Source: an uncultured Chloracidobacterium sp. (GTDB taxonomy: Bacteria > Acidobacteriota > Blastocatellia > Pyrinomonadales > Pyrinomonadaceae). From it: DNA of 64,000 nt. The DNA lies in contig CAZGLZ010000006.1 of NCBI GenBank assembly GCA_964526245.1, positions 2,215 to 66,214 on the forward strand, in the 5' to 3' direction. The translations under genes and the position numbers were made by a program. The notes under the pieces are model-generated. The model saw nothing but the letters and a program-made list of their open reading frames with translations. It was not told the origin of the DNA and did no database searches. Within the stretch, counting starts at the first letter, position 1. Every line of letters begins with the position of its first letter. Below are positions 25,901 to 34,651 of the stretch, piece after piece.

Positions 25901-26346
25901 TTATTGGTCACCGAATTTATCGCCAGGGCGCTAGGTTCGGCCCCTACTGAAATCGTCATGGTCGAATTGTCCGCTCCATCGATAACGGTGACACTTGCAC
26001 CACCTTCATTCGCAACATAAATCCGATTCGTTGTTGGGTTGATCGCCAGCGAATTGGGACCAACGCCCGTAGCAATCGATGTTGTAGAGTTGTTTGTACC
26101 GTCTATAACCGACACGTTGTTCGCCGATCTGTTTGCGACATAAATCCGGTTTGTCAGCGGATTGACAGCAACGGCAGCAGGGCCACCACCAACTGGAATA
26201 TCTCCAATTGAGGTGTCGGCCTGCACGATCGTTTCGATAAAGTGGAAGTTGATGATCTGGCCAGTCATCACTAAAACCAGAAGCAAGACAAATCGAGACG
26301 TCTTTTTAAGCAATCCCGACGCGCTCGAAGGCTTAACCAATTTCAT
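22954..26346 (-). CDS. Secreted surface protein: about 16 YVTN-type beta-propeller repeats plus 6 C-terminal FG-GAP/VCBS-like repeats
   Basis: N-terminal signal/TM LLLVLVMTGQIINF. Repeated N[KR]IYVAN..S..VTVIDG..NS. C-terminal DFDGDGKTDISVFRP-type repeats. Confidence 0.8.
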   Translation of the reverse strand: MKLVKPSSASGLLKKTSRFVLLLVLVMTGQIINFHFIETIVQADTSIGDIPVGGGPAAVAVNPLTNRIYVANRSANNVSVIDGTNNSTTSIATGVGPNSLAINPTTNRIYVANEGGASVTVIDGADNSTMTISVGAEPSALAINSVTNKIYVANTSLGSNSVTVINGDDHTTTTVAVGMGPAAIAVNPVTNLIYVVNNFSGSVTVIDGTSNATNTFNIGFNPRGIAINFVTNMIYVSIQGESVVKVINGVDNSVASITTGSQPVALAVNSVTNKIYVANQSSNNVTVINGVDNSTGTVPSGSSPTSVAINSFTNKVYVANFGGASVSVINGIDNSQSTVTAGSSPIDLAVNPNTNKIYSANRDSASVTVIDGSYNTTAFVTTGSRPSAVAINPVTNKIYVANCGSACSGGTGSGSVTVIDGANNSSTSVINGTGPVAIAVNPITNLIYVANKSNNVTVIDGTDNSTTTVAAGSFPEAIVVNPVTNKIYVANNNSNNVTVIDGSSNSATNVPAGIGPNAIAVNSVTNEIYVTNRNSNNVTVINGYTNSTTSIAVGNGPEGIAVNDSTNRIYVTNRDSNTVTLIDGASKAVTTIPVGTSPDGVAVNPLSNRIYVANSGGNVTVINGTNNSTSNIQGGVNPLAVAVNLSNNKIYVANFSLAVAGTVSAIDGTNNSRTFIPSADNPSSVAVNPITNRVYVTNQGSDNLTVITPVPTNSIPLNTSITPLPGNIANHPNPHFELFASSTYSPTAPQPRNIYFQLNSTNGMWTRASNTASTATTLTAKAITSNLRPGIHIIYFYATDGTDATSVNPIADDPSGNGKRDTKAGSALASSPMLGGINAYVFLVRPKAGIDFDGDGKTDISVFRPVGGSGSEWWYLRSSDGGNRAFAFGEATDTIVPADFTGDGKTDLAFWRPASGEWFVLRSEDSTFFAFPFGAAGDVPSPADFDGDGKSDATVYRPSTNTWFTLRSSDGQVAATPFGTAGDRPVPADYDGDGKADVAIFRPTGGSGGGEWWYLRSSDGANRAFAFGSATDLTVPGDYTGDGKADLAYFRPSTGEWYVLRSEDSSFYAFPWGANGDLPAPGDYDGDGKIDAAVFRPSNSNWFALRSTGGPLILQFGTTGDRPLPNAFVR
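24225..26190 (-). repeat. Coding tandem repeat, about 129-bp period (YVTN blades)
   Basis: 16 recognisable IYV[AT]N...VTVI[DN]G units in the translation. Confidence 0.7.
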
Positions 26347-26488
26347 ATATTCGTCTTTCTTTCTAAACTTCTCGCAATGGTAAGGTCATATGCGCGGTTT
26401 TGCAAGAGCTTTTAAAAGTAGAAACCTCCGAACATTGCGCGGTCTTTTGACGAGGTAGGGTCGAAACGAAGAAGGTAGGGCGTCCACA

Positions 26489-27880
26489 ATGAGAAATATT
26501 TTCTATGACTACGAGACATCCGGTTTTAGCCGTTCATTTGACCAAGTTTTTAGTTTCGGTGCAGTTGTTACCGATGAAAATTTCAATTTAATTGAAGATC
26601 CAATCGAGCTCCATTGCAGACCTCGGCCAGATATTTTGCCAAGCCCCAAGGCAATGTTGGTCAATAGGCTCGATTTAGAAATGTTGGCAAGTAACGGTCT
26701 AACTGAGTATGAGTTTGCTCGCCGGATTCACGACGTCTTTACCAAAGAAACGAACACTTGCATATTTGGTTATAACAGCAAGAAATTTGACGATAGCTTT
26801 ACTGAGTTTCTCTTTTACCGAAACTTACTTCCGCCGTATGAATGGCGGTTTCGGAACGGAAACTCATCAGCGGATTTGATTGAACTATTCCGATTTGCTC
26901 ACAGCTTCGGGCGATTAGGTGGGTTATCTTGTCTCGATGAAAACAACCGTCTCTCGTTCAAGCTGGAAGACCTCGCGAAACGAAATTTAACGAACATTTC
27001 AATCGCGCACGACGCACTGAGTGATGCAATGACAACCCAAAGACTTTGTAAGGAGCTAAAGAGCAGTTCGACTAAGTTATTTGAATTCGGTTTAGGAATG
27101 AGGAGCTTTAATCGTGCAAGCGAAGAGTTAGTGAAGCGCAAACAGTTTTTTCATAGTGACGTGTGCTATGGAGCGGAGAAGAACAATTTGGCACTGCTCA
27201 CCTTAATCGCCAAACATCCTCTTATCCCGAAACGGGTAATCGCCTGGCGCCTCGACAAGGATCCGCGCGAAGTTATCGTTCTCTCGATTGACGACTTAAA
27301 GGCTGACCGCAATCTACGCTTCGACGCAGGTTTTGTTGAACTGAAAGTCAATCGTGGTCCGATGATCGTCGCCTACAATGAAGCATTTAATTCGCAGCTT
27401 ATCGGCTTTGATCACGCCGAAGTCAATTTCCAACTTGTAACGGAAAACTTGGAGTCCCTTCGAGAAATTGCGTCTCAAGTATACAGCTCCAGTTATTCCC
27501 CGTCCGAAGACGTCGATAATGCACTCTATGATTCGAGCTTCTTTAATGAATTCGACGCGAACCAACGATATATTAGCGATTTTCATGAGGCTCCAAATAG
27601 CTTTAACTTGGGTAAATTTACGAATTCACGGTTTACCAAACTTGGATTGCGAATACGTGCTCGGAATATGCCCGAGCATCTCACCGAGACCCAAAAAGTT
27701 CGTTTCAAACAGTTCGTGGCTGATCGCTTATCGTCCGAGAATAGCCTCGGTTGGCGAACGGCAAAAGAATTTTATGAGGAAATCGCCGAAATCAAAGAGC
27801 GCGAGAATATTGCGAGCGACGACCTTGAGATCATCGATAAACTTTGTGATTACGCCAAAACCATCCTTCCACAGTCATAG
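26489..27880 (+). CDS. sbcB: Exodeoxyribonuclease I
   Basis: FYDYETSG (Exo I), FGYNSKKFDD, AHDALSDA (DEDDh), and C-terminal DVDNALYDSSFF and RIRARNMPEHL blocks that parallel E. coli SbcB. Confidence 0.85.
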   Translation: MRNIFYDYETSGFSRSFDQVFSFGAVVTDENFNLIEDPIELHCRPRPDILPSPKAMLVNRLDLEMLASNGLTEYEFARRIHDVFTKETNTCIFGYNSKKFDDSFTEFLFYRNLLPPYEWRFRNGNSSADLIELFRFAHSFGRLGGLSCLDENNRLSFKLEDLAKRNLTNISIAHDALSDAMTTQRLCKELKSSSTKLFEFGLGMRSFNRASEELVKRKQFFHSDVCYGAEKNNLALLTLIAKHPLIPKRVIAWRLDKDPREVIVLSIDDLKADRNLRFDAGFVELKVNRGPMIVAYNEAFNSQLIGFDHAEVNFQLVTENLESLREIASQVYSSSYSPSEDVDNALYDSSFFNEFDANQRYISDFHEAPNSFNLGKFTNSRFTKLGLRIRARNMPEHLTETQKVRFKQFVADRLSSENSLGWRTAKEFYEEIAEIKERENIASDDLEIIDKLCDYAKTILPQS

Positions 27881-28043
27881 CCCTTTCATTAGTATGGAAT
27901 CCTAGATGCGGCGATATGCCGCCGGAGGCCGACAAAACATTGGGTCTCAGACGGTTCTCGGGTGGTTTTGGGCCGTTGTTCGGACGACGCGGACAGTTGT
28001 ACGGAGGTCGCGGGCAGGTCTTTCTCGTCCCGGTGAGTGAGTA

Positions 28044-28526
28044 TCATGCAACTCGCGTCACCCGGATGATCTTTTCGCTGAGCTTTTCGCTCTTCACGGT
28101 TATTCCCAATCTCTGAGCCATTCGGTAAATGTTGAAAGGCGGCCGTTTGGTCTTAGGCATTGGAAGCTCCGCCGATTCGCCAACAGCGAGCGTTGCAAGT
28201 TCAGGATAGTGAGGTCGCCGATACTTGGCCCGCGGCTCGATGCCCACCTCTTTCATCGACCACTCGATCCGATCGCGTGAGACACCAAGCCGACGTTCTA
28301 TCTGCCTTATGTTTAAATCCTCTTCGATGAAGAGCCTGAAAAGCACGTCCTTCGGTATAGGGTTTGTTCGTGGCGGCCTGCCCTTTCTGATAGCGACGTG
28401 CGGCCGCAGACGTTTGAGGACGCCTTCGACGGAGTAGCCGAATCGCTTGGCGATCTCAGTCAACGAAAGCTCGTCCGTCTCATAAATGCGGGCCAATTCG
28501 GAATTGCTGAGCTTTACCCTTCGCAC
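28044..28526 (-). CDS. Hypothetical DNA-binding protein with two HTH-like repeats
   Basis: LSLTEIAKRFGYSVEGVLKRL and LNIRQIERRLGVSRDRIEWSM. Confidence 0.4.
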   Translation of the reverse strand: MRRVKLSNSELARIYETDELSLTEIAKRFGYSVEGVLKRLRPHVAIRKGRPPRTNPIPKDVLFRLFIEEDLNIRQIERRLGVSRDRIEWSMKEVGIEPRAKYRRPHYPELATLAVGESAELPMPKTKRPPFNIYRMAQRLGITVKSEKLSEKIIRVTRVA

Positions 28527-28610
28527 CCGGGCATCTTACCAAACCGCAGTTCCCTTTTTTAGCATGTAGACTTTTGTCTACATTCTTACTTGGGCTTCTC
28601 ACTCAAATCT

Positions 28611-29501
28611 CTACCACAATCGCTCGGCCGTCACGGTTTCAATACGGCTCTCCATCATGTCCGAAAGATCGGAAAGAAAATTGAGATTTGTCCGAGACTC
28701 GACGGAGTTAATGCTATTAACGAAATCCAAGGAGAGATTGGCATTTCTTGGAACTTCCTGATCGAAAACAAAGGTCAAATAGTTTGCGTTCCCCGGTCTG
28801 TCTTCCGGGTATCGAAATGGCCTCGCCAGTATGCAGTAGAATGCGGATGGGATCGCGATCCGTGTGCCATTTGGTCGTGAGATGAATTCAGGATCCGCAT
28901 CAAAGATCGGCCCTACCAAAACCCAAACATGGTTCATCTCGTATGTTCCCGAAGTTGCCTTCGGATAAACGTCGAGGATCTTTTCTTCGAGCTTTTTCCA
29001 AACACCCTGATTCAGATCCTTATGCTGTGGAGAGATGTTACTCATAAGGAAGGTATCCATTTGCGACAGCTTGCCAAACTGTTTATTGATCGCTGAATTC
29101 GGAGCTAAGTGCCCACGATCATAATCGTTACCGAATGTCTCGGGACCGATGCGATTGGCTTCAGCCAATCTGTGGTCATCGACGAAGTTTGGAAACCGAG
29201 AATAGTCCACGTCTCGTTTCGATCTTGAGACCTGATATGCCACCCAAAGAGGCTGATTGTACTTTCTTGAAAAACCTGCTGCATATCCGTGATTGATCAG
29301 TATCGTCACCGGGTTGCTCGCGTCTTGGTTCTTGGGAACTCCGTGAATCGTGAACAATGCGAGGAGGTGCTCGAAGGGTACGGAAGATGGATGAATTGAT
29401 GAAGCGTCGTTCTGTCCATCTTGGCCGTTTGCCTTGGCCGACATCGCTAGGACTATCGCGAGTGAAATTACGGTTATCGATCGGCGAAATTTCTCGGGCA
29501 T
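28611..29501 (-). CDS. Secreted DNA/RNA non-specific endonuclease (NUC/EndoG family)
   Basis: Signal peptide ITVISLAIVLAMSAKA; catalytic DRGHLAPN motif. Confidence 0.8.
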   Translation of the reverse strand: MPEKFRRSITVISLAIVLAMSAKANGQDGQNDASSIHPSSVPFEHLLALFTIHGVPKNQDASNPVTILINHGYAAGFSRKYNQPLWVAYQVSRSKRDVDYSRFPNFVDDHRLAEANRIGPETFGNDYDRGHLAPNSAINKQFGKLSQMDTFLMSNISPQHKDLNQGVWKKLEEKILDVYPKATSGTYEMNHVWVLVGPIFDADPEFISRPNGTRIAIPSAFYCILARPFRYPEDRPGNANYLTFVFDQEVPRNANLSLDFVNSINSVESRTNLNFLSDLSDMMESRIETVTAERLW

Positions 29502-29602
29502 TTCATTTCTCCATTCGTGTTGCGGGCCTACTTTAACAATGGGGTTTCAATCCCGAGGGACTTAACTCCAGATTTCCACCCCGCGTGTGATTGATCATCC
29601 TA

Positions 29603-31645
29603 CTAGATTTGCGGCCGCGGTCTGAGAACCGGTCTTGGTCTTGGCGCTCCGTGAGCGGCTGTGGTTTCCGACTCGGTCCAGATCGCCTGTAATTCTTTGA
29701 GCTTTTCAAACGTCTCTATCGCTGTTCTGATCTGTTTTTTGGTCGGCTCGTAGCTCAGTCCTCTGTAGAGTCCTGTCTCGTCCTCCTCTAGTTCCATGAG
29801 CCAGTCTTTGTAACTCTGATCACCATCTTCGGGAAATTCATATGCCGTCAGCGTTTCATTTGTCATTCGTTCAAACGAAGCCAGCATTCCCCTCAGTCGT
29901 ATCCATCGGTGGTTATCCCAATTCATTCTTGAGCCGTCAGCCATGACTCGTTCGTATTCCGCTGAATCTATGTCGAATCGCTCAATTATCTTGTCGGCAC
30001 TCGCCTCGCCCTGCCCGGCGAGAAACTTCACCAGATCCCGTTCCATATTCAGGTTCAGCCCGCCCTGCTTAGATGTCAGAGGAATACGAGTTATTCGGTC
30101 CCGATACCCGGGTAGGCAACTCTGTGTTGCATCATTCCAATTTTGCATCGTCGAGATCAAGGTCCCTACAAAGCCGGAGAGCTTCCCAAGGCTGCCTCTA
30201 TCAGAAAAGCCGTTCTTGACTGAGACAATTTCATCAAATCGATTCCACCGATCCATTAGCTCAGGTTTGTTGCTTTCGGGCATAGTCGGAACAAGATCCT
30301 TTATGTCCGTATCATCTGGAACCGCGGTCAGGTCTAAGCTAAAAGTTGGCCTTCGCGGCAACGGAGAATCGAAAAAATGTAGAGGAAAATTACTGCATAC
30401 GCCCCCGTCCGAAAACCAGCAGCGCTCCATCTCACGACGATCTTTATTCTTGGTAAAGTTCTGCCAATGAAGCGGCACGATGCTGAGAAGAACTGGAAAG
30501 CTAAGGCTCATTCGAGTAGCAACGATCACGGGCAGATCCGCGGGATCCGGCATTGGATAGTACCCGGCCTCTCTTCTTGCTTTACGCGTTCCCTCTGGAT
30601 CTTTCTTACTATCATCACCTGGATCGCTTTCCCTCGGATGCGCTATCATCCACTCGACCACACTCGCCGGAAAAAGCGCGTCAAATTCGTCTTTCCTGAA
30701 ATAGAAGGGATGGTTTTCTTTAAGGTCCGCATCGTACCGAAATGGTAAACGGTACGGCCGGCCGTGCGTCAGGTTCGTGGTCATCATCTCGAGATTGATC
30801 GCACGATCCGCTAACTGGTCTTCTAAATTCGCCGCCTTCGACTCGCTAACATCGGATTGTTCAGCAAAGTTTTCAATCGCAGTAACGTCTTTCTCATCAA
30901 CTTCATCGTCACGATGCCTGGGGTTCCACAAATCGCCAAAGGTTAGAGGCCTTTCCCCTTCTATCCCTGCAACCTCGTTTAGGTATCTGTAAAGCCACTC
31001 TGTCAGTGGTTCGACATCGACCGAGTCCTTGGCCTTCGGATCCTTGATGCCACTACAAAGCCCGTACTTGTCTGTCGGAAGCCTTGTAACAAACTGATAT
31101 AGAATCGCTGCAATCATACCGATCAGTGCTCCAACAATGGCCAGAGCAATCGCGATCGCAATCCAGACCCACGTTATTGTCGCTGCAGACCAGAAAAAGC
31201 TGATAAGGGCCAAAGAAACTCCCGGTAAACTGCCAAGAAATCCAGCCCAGTAATAATGACGCACGGCTTTCTTTAACACTTCCCATAACGCTCTCTTCTT
31301 TGTCTTATGCCCAATAGAACCCATAAGAACTTCAAAGATCCGACGGGTGCGTGGATTCGGTAAGAAAAGCGACGAGAGCTTCGTCCTATTTGTCTTGCCG
31401 GAAACTGTAGATAGCTCATCTCCAAGACCCTCTAGCATCTCAAAGCCTTTCTCACTACCGGTTCGCACACGCCTGTATTCCGCCGCCGCAGTTGCCGCTG
31501 CCGCGATACCGCCGGCCGAGGTTCCCCCCACATTCTTGAATGTGAAATGCTGCGAAAGCTTCGCAATCGCCTTTGGATAAACAACACCGCTGGTGATACC
31601 ACCCTTCATAACGATGTCGCATGTGCGTTCGGGTTTAGTGGGCAT
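29603..31645 (-). CDS. Patatin-like phospholipase with an internal two-TM insertion and a long C-terminal extension
   Basis: MKGGITSGVVYP (oxyanion Gly loop), GGTSAGG (GxSxG), FSDGGVCSNFP (DGG). Hydrophobic WAGFLGSLPGVSLALISFFW and WVWIAIAIALAIVGALIGMIAAILY lie between the catalytic Ser and Asp. Confidence 0.8.
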   Translation of the reverse strand: MPTKPERTCDIVMKGGITSGVVYPKAIAKLSQHFTFKNVGGTSAGGIAAAATAAAEYRRVRTGSEKGFEMLEGLGDELSTVSGKTNRTKLSSLFLPNPRTRRIFEVLMGSIGHKTKKRALWEVLKKAVRHYYWAGFLGSLPGVSLALISFFWSAATITWVWIAIAIALAIVGALIGMIAAILYQFVTRLPTDKYGLCSGIKDPKAKDSVDVEPLTEWLYRYLNEVAGIEGERPLTFGDLWNPRHRDDEVDEKDVTAIENFAEQSDVSESKAANLEDQLADRAINLEMMTTNLTHGRPYRLPFRYDADLKENHPFYFRKDEFDALFPASVVEWMIAHPRESDPGDDSKKDPEGTRKARREAGYYPMPDPADLPVIVATRMSLSFPVLLSIVPLHWQNFTKNKDRREMERCWFSDGGVCSNFPLHFFDSPLPRRPTFSLDLTAVPDDTDIKDLVPTMPESNKPELMDRWNRFDEIVSVKNGFSDRGSLGKLSGFVGTLISTMQNWNDATQSCLPGYRDRITRIPLTSKQGGLNLNMERDLVKFLAGQGEASADKIIERFDIDSAEYERVMADGSRMNWDNHRWIRLRGMLASFERMTNETLTAYEFPEDGDQSYKDWLMELEEDETGLYRGLSYEPTKKQIRTAIETFEKLKELQAIWTESETTAAHGAPRPRPVLRPRPQI

Positions 31646-31859
31646 AGGTCACTCTGGAGAATGTGAAAGACTTGTGAAATTTCGCTGCCGTTTCGGTTTG
31701 CTCTTCAAGCCGCGAAATCAATGGGTGCTCTACTTCACCTCACATTATGTACCGGGTGTCAATACCTAATATGAGTTATGCCTGGCAAATGGGTAAACCA
31801 GGTACGATTTCGCGGAACTCTTGGGATTTGATGGGGTGGTCCCCGATGCGGCGAAGGAG

Positions 31860-32150
31860 TTGGTTGTGTTTCCGCGAACCCGCGACAAGACGGAAAATGT
31901 CGATGCTTCGTTCAGGCGCGTTCACGACTTCGACCTGCTTGTTTATTGGCATCGTAGATAAACGAACGGCCTCGTGAATCGGCGATGACGTTTCCGGCCG
32001 CGTCATAGCTCCAGCCCTGGCCCGCGGCCATTCGGTTGTCCGATGTGTTGAGGTCCGGATTGAGCATCTTCTTGTCCGTCTCGCAAACGACCGCCGTGCT
32101 TCCATCCATCCAGTCGCTGGCGGTGTTCTTCTCGACGCTCAGTAAATGCG
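31860..32150 (-). pseudogene. Frameshifted RHS-repeat fragment
   Basis: VVCETDKKMLNPDLNTSDNRMAAGQGWSYDAAGNVIADSRGRSFIYDANKQ parallels VVCEAIRPIVNPSANAANNRLSSTGWQYDAAGN..FTYDAENKQ of the full-length gene. It continues in another frame and then ends. Confidence 0.55.
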
Positions 32151-32153
32151 CCT

Positions 32154-32639
32154 TCAGAACCAATTTACGCCCGAACCAGATAATGGATCCAATCGTCTCT
32201 TTCGGGCTTCTTCAAGGCCAATCTTCTTTATTTGGTCAAACCATCGTCGGTAGCTAACAAACGCAGTCTTTACCGTTTTGTCAGAAATGGCATTATCGCC
32301 TTCTTCGCGTAATGCGACTCCGTTCGCGTGTTCCCAGTCGCCATAAAATAGATAAGAAATGTAAAACAAAGCACACACTTCAACTGTCGCATTAGGGAAG
32401 ACCTGTGACACCCTTATGTTTGTCGCACCGCCGAACAGCCCATCTGATTTATTGCCTTCCTGTTCCAAAAGACAGCTTATGCCTTTTAGGATGTTCTCCG
32501 GGTTGCTTTCATCAATCTCAAAATCGACCTCGATACTGGGATCCACTTGTGCGAACCAATATTTGCAAGCATCCGCCCTCGCATCCATTACACAAATGCC
32601 TAAAGTCACGAGCAAGATTATAATCGATTTTGTGTACAT
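32154..32639 (-). CDS. Small secreted protein downstream of an orphan RHS tip (immunity candidate)
   Basis: Signal peptide MYTKSIIILLVTLGICVMDARA. Starts 11 nt after the toxin stop. Confidence 0.45.
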   Translation of the reverse strand: MYTKSIIILLVTLGICVMDARADACKYWFAQVDPSIEVDFEIDESNPENILKGISCLLEQEGNKSDGLFGGATNIRVSQVFPNATVEVCALFYISYLFYGDWEHANGVALREEGDNAISDKTVKTAFVSYRRWFDQIKKIGLEEARKRRLDPLSGSGVNWF

Positions 32640-32650
32640 AAAACTTAACC

Positions 32651-34531
32651 TCAGTTTTTTGGTTTTGGTCGCTGCGTCCAGACCGTCAGCTTAACACTTT
32701 CATTTCTTTTCGGATTCCAGGCCGTACCTGGACCAGGCCCGTACGAAACGCTTGGTTTTAGGGGTTCAAGCCCCCCTTTACTTGTTACGGTTGATCGATC
32801 CTGATTAAGAGTTGCGCTGTGTACGGTTCCATTCGGTGTCCCATCGGTTGTGTAAATAACTACATCACCTGCTTGAACTTCCTCGTTTCCAGTAACTTGC
32901 CGATAACCATCCGCTTTCAACAATTTTGGCACTTCACTATTGTCAATCCATACCTGGCCACTGGCAAAGGAAACACCGTGGCAATCGGTTGAATTGTCCA
33001 AACCTTGTTGCAGAAACGCTTGCAGGTCACTGTTGTCCCCTTCCAACGGTCTACCGTTGCCACCCACAATGGTTACCGTCGCTGGCTCGAGCGCTCTTGA
33101 TGCCCTGATCTCGGTTTTCTTATCGTCGCCTTTAACGTAACCAACCTCAGCCTTGTAACTTATTGTGTAGTAGGCCTTCTTGCCGTTAATTCTAACTTGT
33201 TTGCCATCGGATCCTATAAGTGGCTTCCTTCTTTGATAGGTTATCGTCTCCTCACCAGTTTTGTGGAAAATTACATTACCATCCGCGTCTCTCTCGATTT
33301 CCCCTGTCGGATCAATATATCTAAGCGGATTGTTCAATACGTACACATATAGGTTCCAAGTTGCCGGATTCTCCGCACGTGTAGCGTTCAGAAAATTATC
33401 AGGGGTCGAAAATCTGCCGTAACCGTTTGCAAAATACCTTGCCTGCGCAAAGTCTAGATTCGTCTCATCATCTCTCTCATACCCTGTAAACTGTTTGCGA
33501 ATGGTGTCGGAGTCGTAGGCGGTGCGGGCGATCTCTTCGCCGTAGGGCATGAAGTCTCGGCGGGAGATGGTTGTGCCGTTTTGGTCGGTGAGGATCCGCG
33601 GGCTGCCGAGGTGGTCGGCGGTGGTGTAGCTGACCTTTGGGGATTCGGTTTCGGCGACGGTTGAGTACTCGCCGATGAGCTTCCCGCCGGCGTCATAGAC
33701 GAACACCGTCACCTCGCCGGTCGAGGGCACGTGCTTCTTCACCCGCTTGCCGTCGCCGTCGTATTCGTACTCGCCGACGGTCGAGACAGGGTTGCCGTTC
33801 AGGTCGAGCGTTTCCACCATCACCTGCTTGTTCTCGCCGTCATACGTAAAGCGTCGGCTTTGCGGGTCGCGGACCGTGTTGCCAGCCGTGTCGAAAACAT
33901 AACCATCCGACGAACTCAGCCGATTGTCCGAGGCATTTGCCGACGGGTTCATAACCTTTCGCAGCTCGGCACAAAGTTCCGTCCCGCTCGCACAAAGCTT
34001 CTCGAATCCCTCAAATGTCGTATTCCCCTCCACGAATCTGCGGTTGCCGTAGCGGTCGAACGTGAAATCCTGCCGCCAAGACGGGTTCGGGCTCCCGTCG
34101 ATGTACTCCGCCGCGTCGTCCAGCCGGTTCAAAGAGTCGTAGGTGTAATTCTGCACAGCGGTGAAGCCGTTATGCGTAGTCCCGCCGATCGTAACGCTCG
34201 GAACCGTGATCGTTTGAGAGAGCACATTGCCATTGTTTGCGGTCGTGCCATAGCTGTAATCGAGCTTGAGGAGGTTCGTAGCGTTCGGTGTTACACCAAG
34301 CCCGATCTGGGTGGGCTGTAAACGGGAATTAAATTGCGTCGATTCCCAGCGGCCGTTGCCGAGCTGCATTGAGGTGACGGCACCGGCGGGGTTGTAGGTG
34401 AAGTTCTTCGCGTAGTTCCAGAGGCCGGCCTGTTCGGTGCAGTCGGCGTCGGTGCCCGCCGCGGTGTCCATGCACCGGGCACTCTGCACCATCGAAAGAT
34501 CGCCGCTTGCGTCGAGCACGTTCTTCACCAC
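32651..34531 (-). CDS. Orphan RHS C-terminal cassette (core repeats plus about 215-aa variable toxin tip)
   Basis: Homologous to the full-length RHS from about aa 1110 (NSRLQPTQIGLG, YTYDSLNRL, DRYGNR, RRDFMPYGEE). Core end NNPLRYIDPTGE. No N-terminal region or signal peptide. Confidence 0.7.
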   Translation of the reverse strand: MVKNVLDASGDLSMVQSARCMDTAAGTDADCTEQAGLWNYAKNFTYNPAGAVTSMQLGNGRWESTQFNSRLQPTQIGLGVTPNATNLLKLDYSYGTTANNGNVLSQTITVPSVTIGGTTHNGFTAVQNYTYDSLNRLDDAAEYIDGSPNPSWRQDFTFDRYGNRRFVEGNTTFEGFEKLCASGTELCAELRKVMNPSANASDNRLSSSDGYVFDTAGNTVRDPQSRRFTYDGENKQVMVETLDLNGNPVSTVGEYEYDGDGKRVKKHVPSTGEVTVFVYDAGGKLIGEYSTVAETESPKVSYTTADHLGSPRILTDQNGTTISRRDFMPYGEEIARTAYDSDTIRKQFTGYERDDETNLDFAQARYFANGYGRFSTPDNFLNATRAENPATWNLYVYVLNNPLRYIDPTGEIERDADGNVIFHKTGEETITYQRRKPLIGSDGKQVRINGKKAYYTISYKAEVGYVKGDDKKTEIRASRALEPATVTIVGGNGRPLEGDNSDLQAFLQQGLDNSTDCHGVSFASGQVWIDNSEVPKLLKADGYRQVTGNEEVQAGDVVIYTTDGTPNGTVHSATLNQDRSTVTSKGGLEPLKPSVSYGPGPGTAWNPKRNESVKLTVWTQRPKPKN

Positions 34532-34651
34532 CCGGCCCTATGCAAGTAACCGTATCGAGTGCAACCCGCAGCGTGTAGGTATAGGCAGTCGCGTATTCGT
34601 AACCGCCCGTCGTCCAATTGTGGGCGGTCACATCCACACAGGACCACTAAA

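Noticed and set aside
23950-26200. Regularly spaced DNA repeats that could be mistaken for a CRISPR-like array
   Set aside because: The period is about 129 bp, the units are imperfect, and they lie entirely inside one long ORF encoding YVTN beta-propeller blades. There are no short identical repeats with unique spacers.
28527-28610. 8-bp palindrome atgtagac/gtctacat as terminator of the nuclease gene
   Set aside because: The T-run lies on the wrong side for the minus-strand gene. It could be an operator for the adjacent HTH gene, but nothing supports that.
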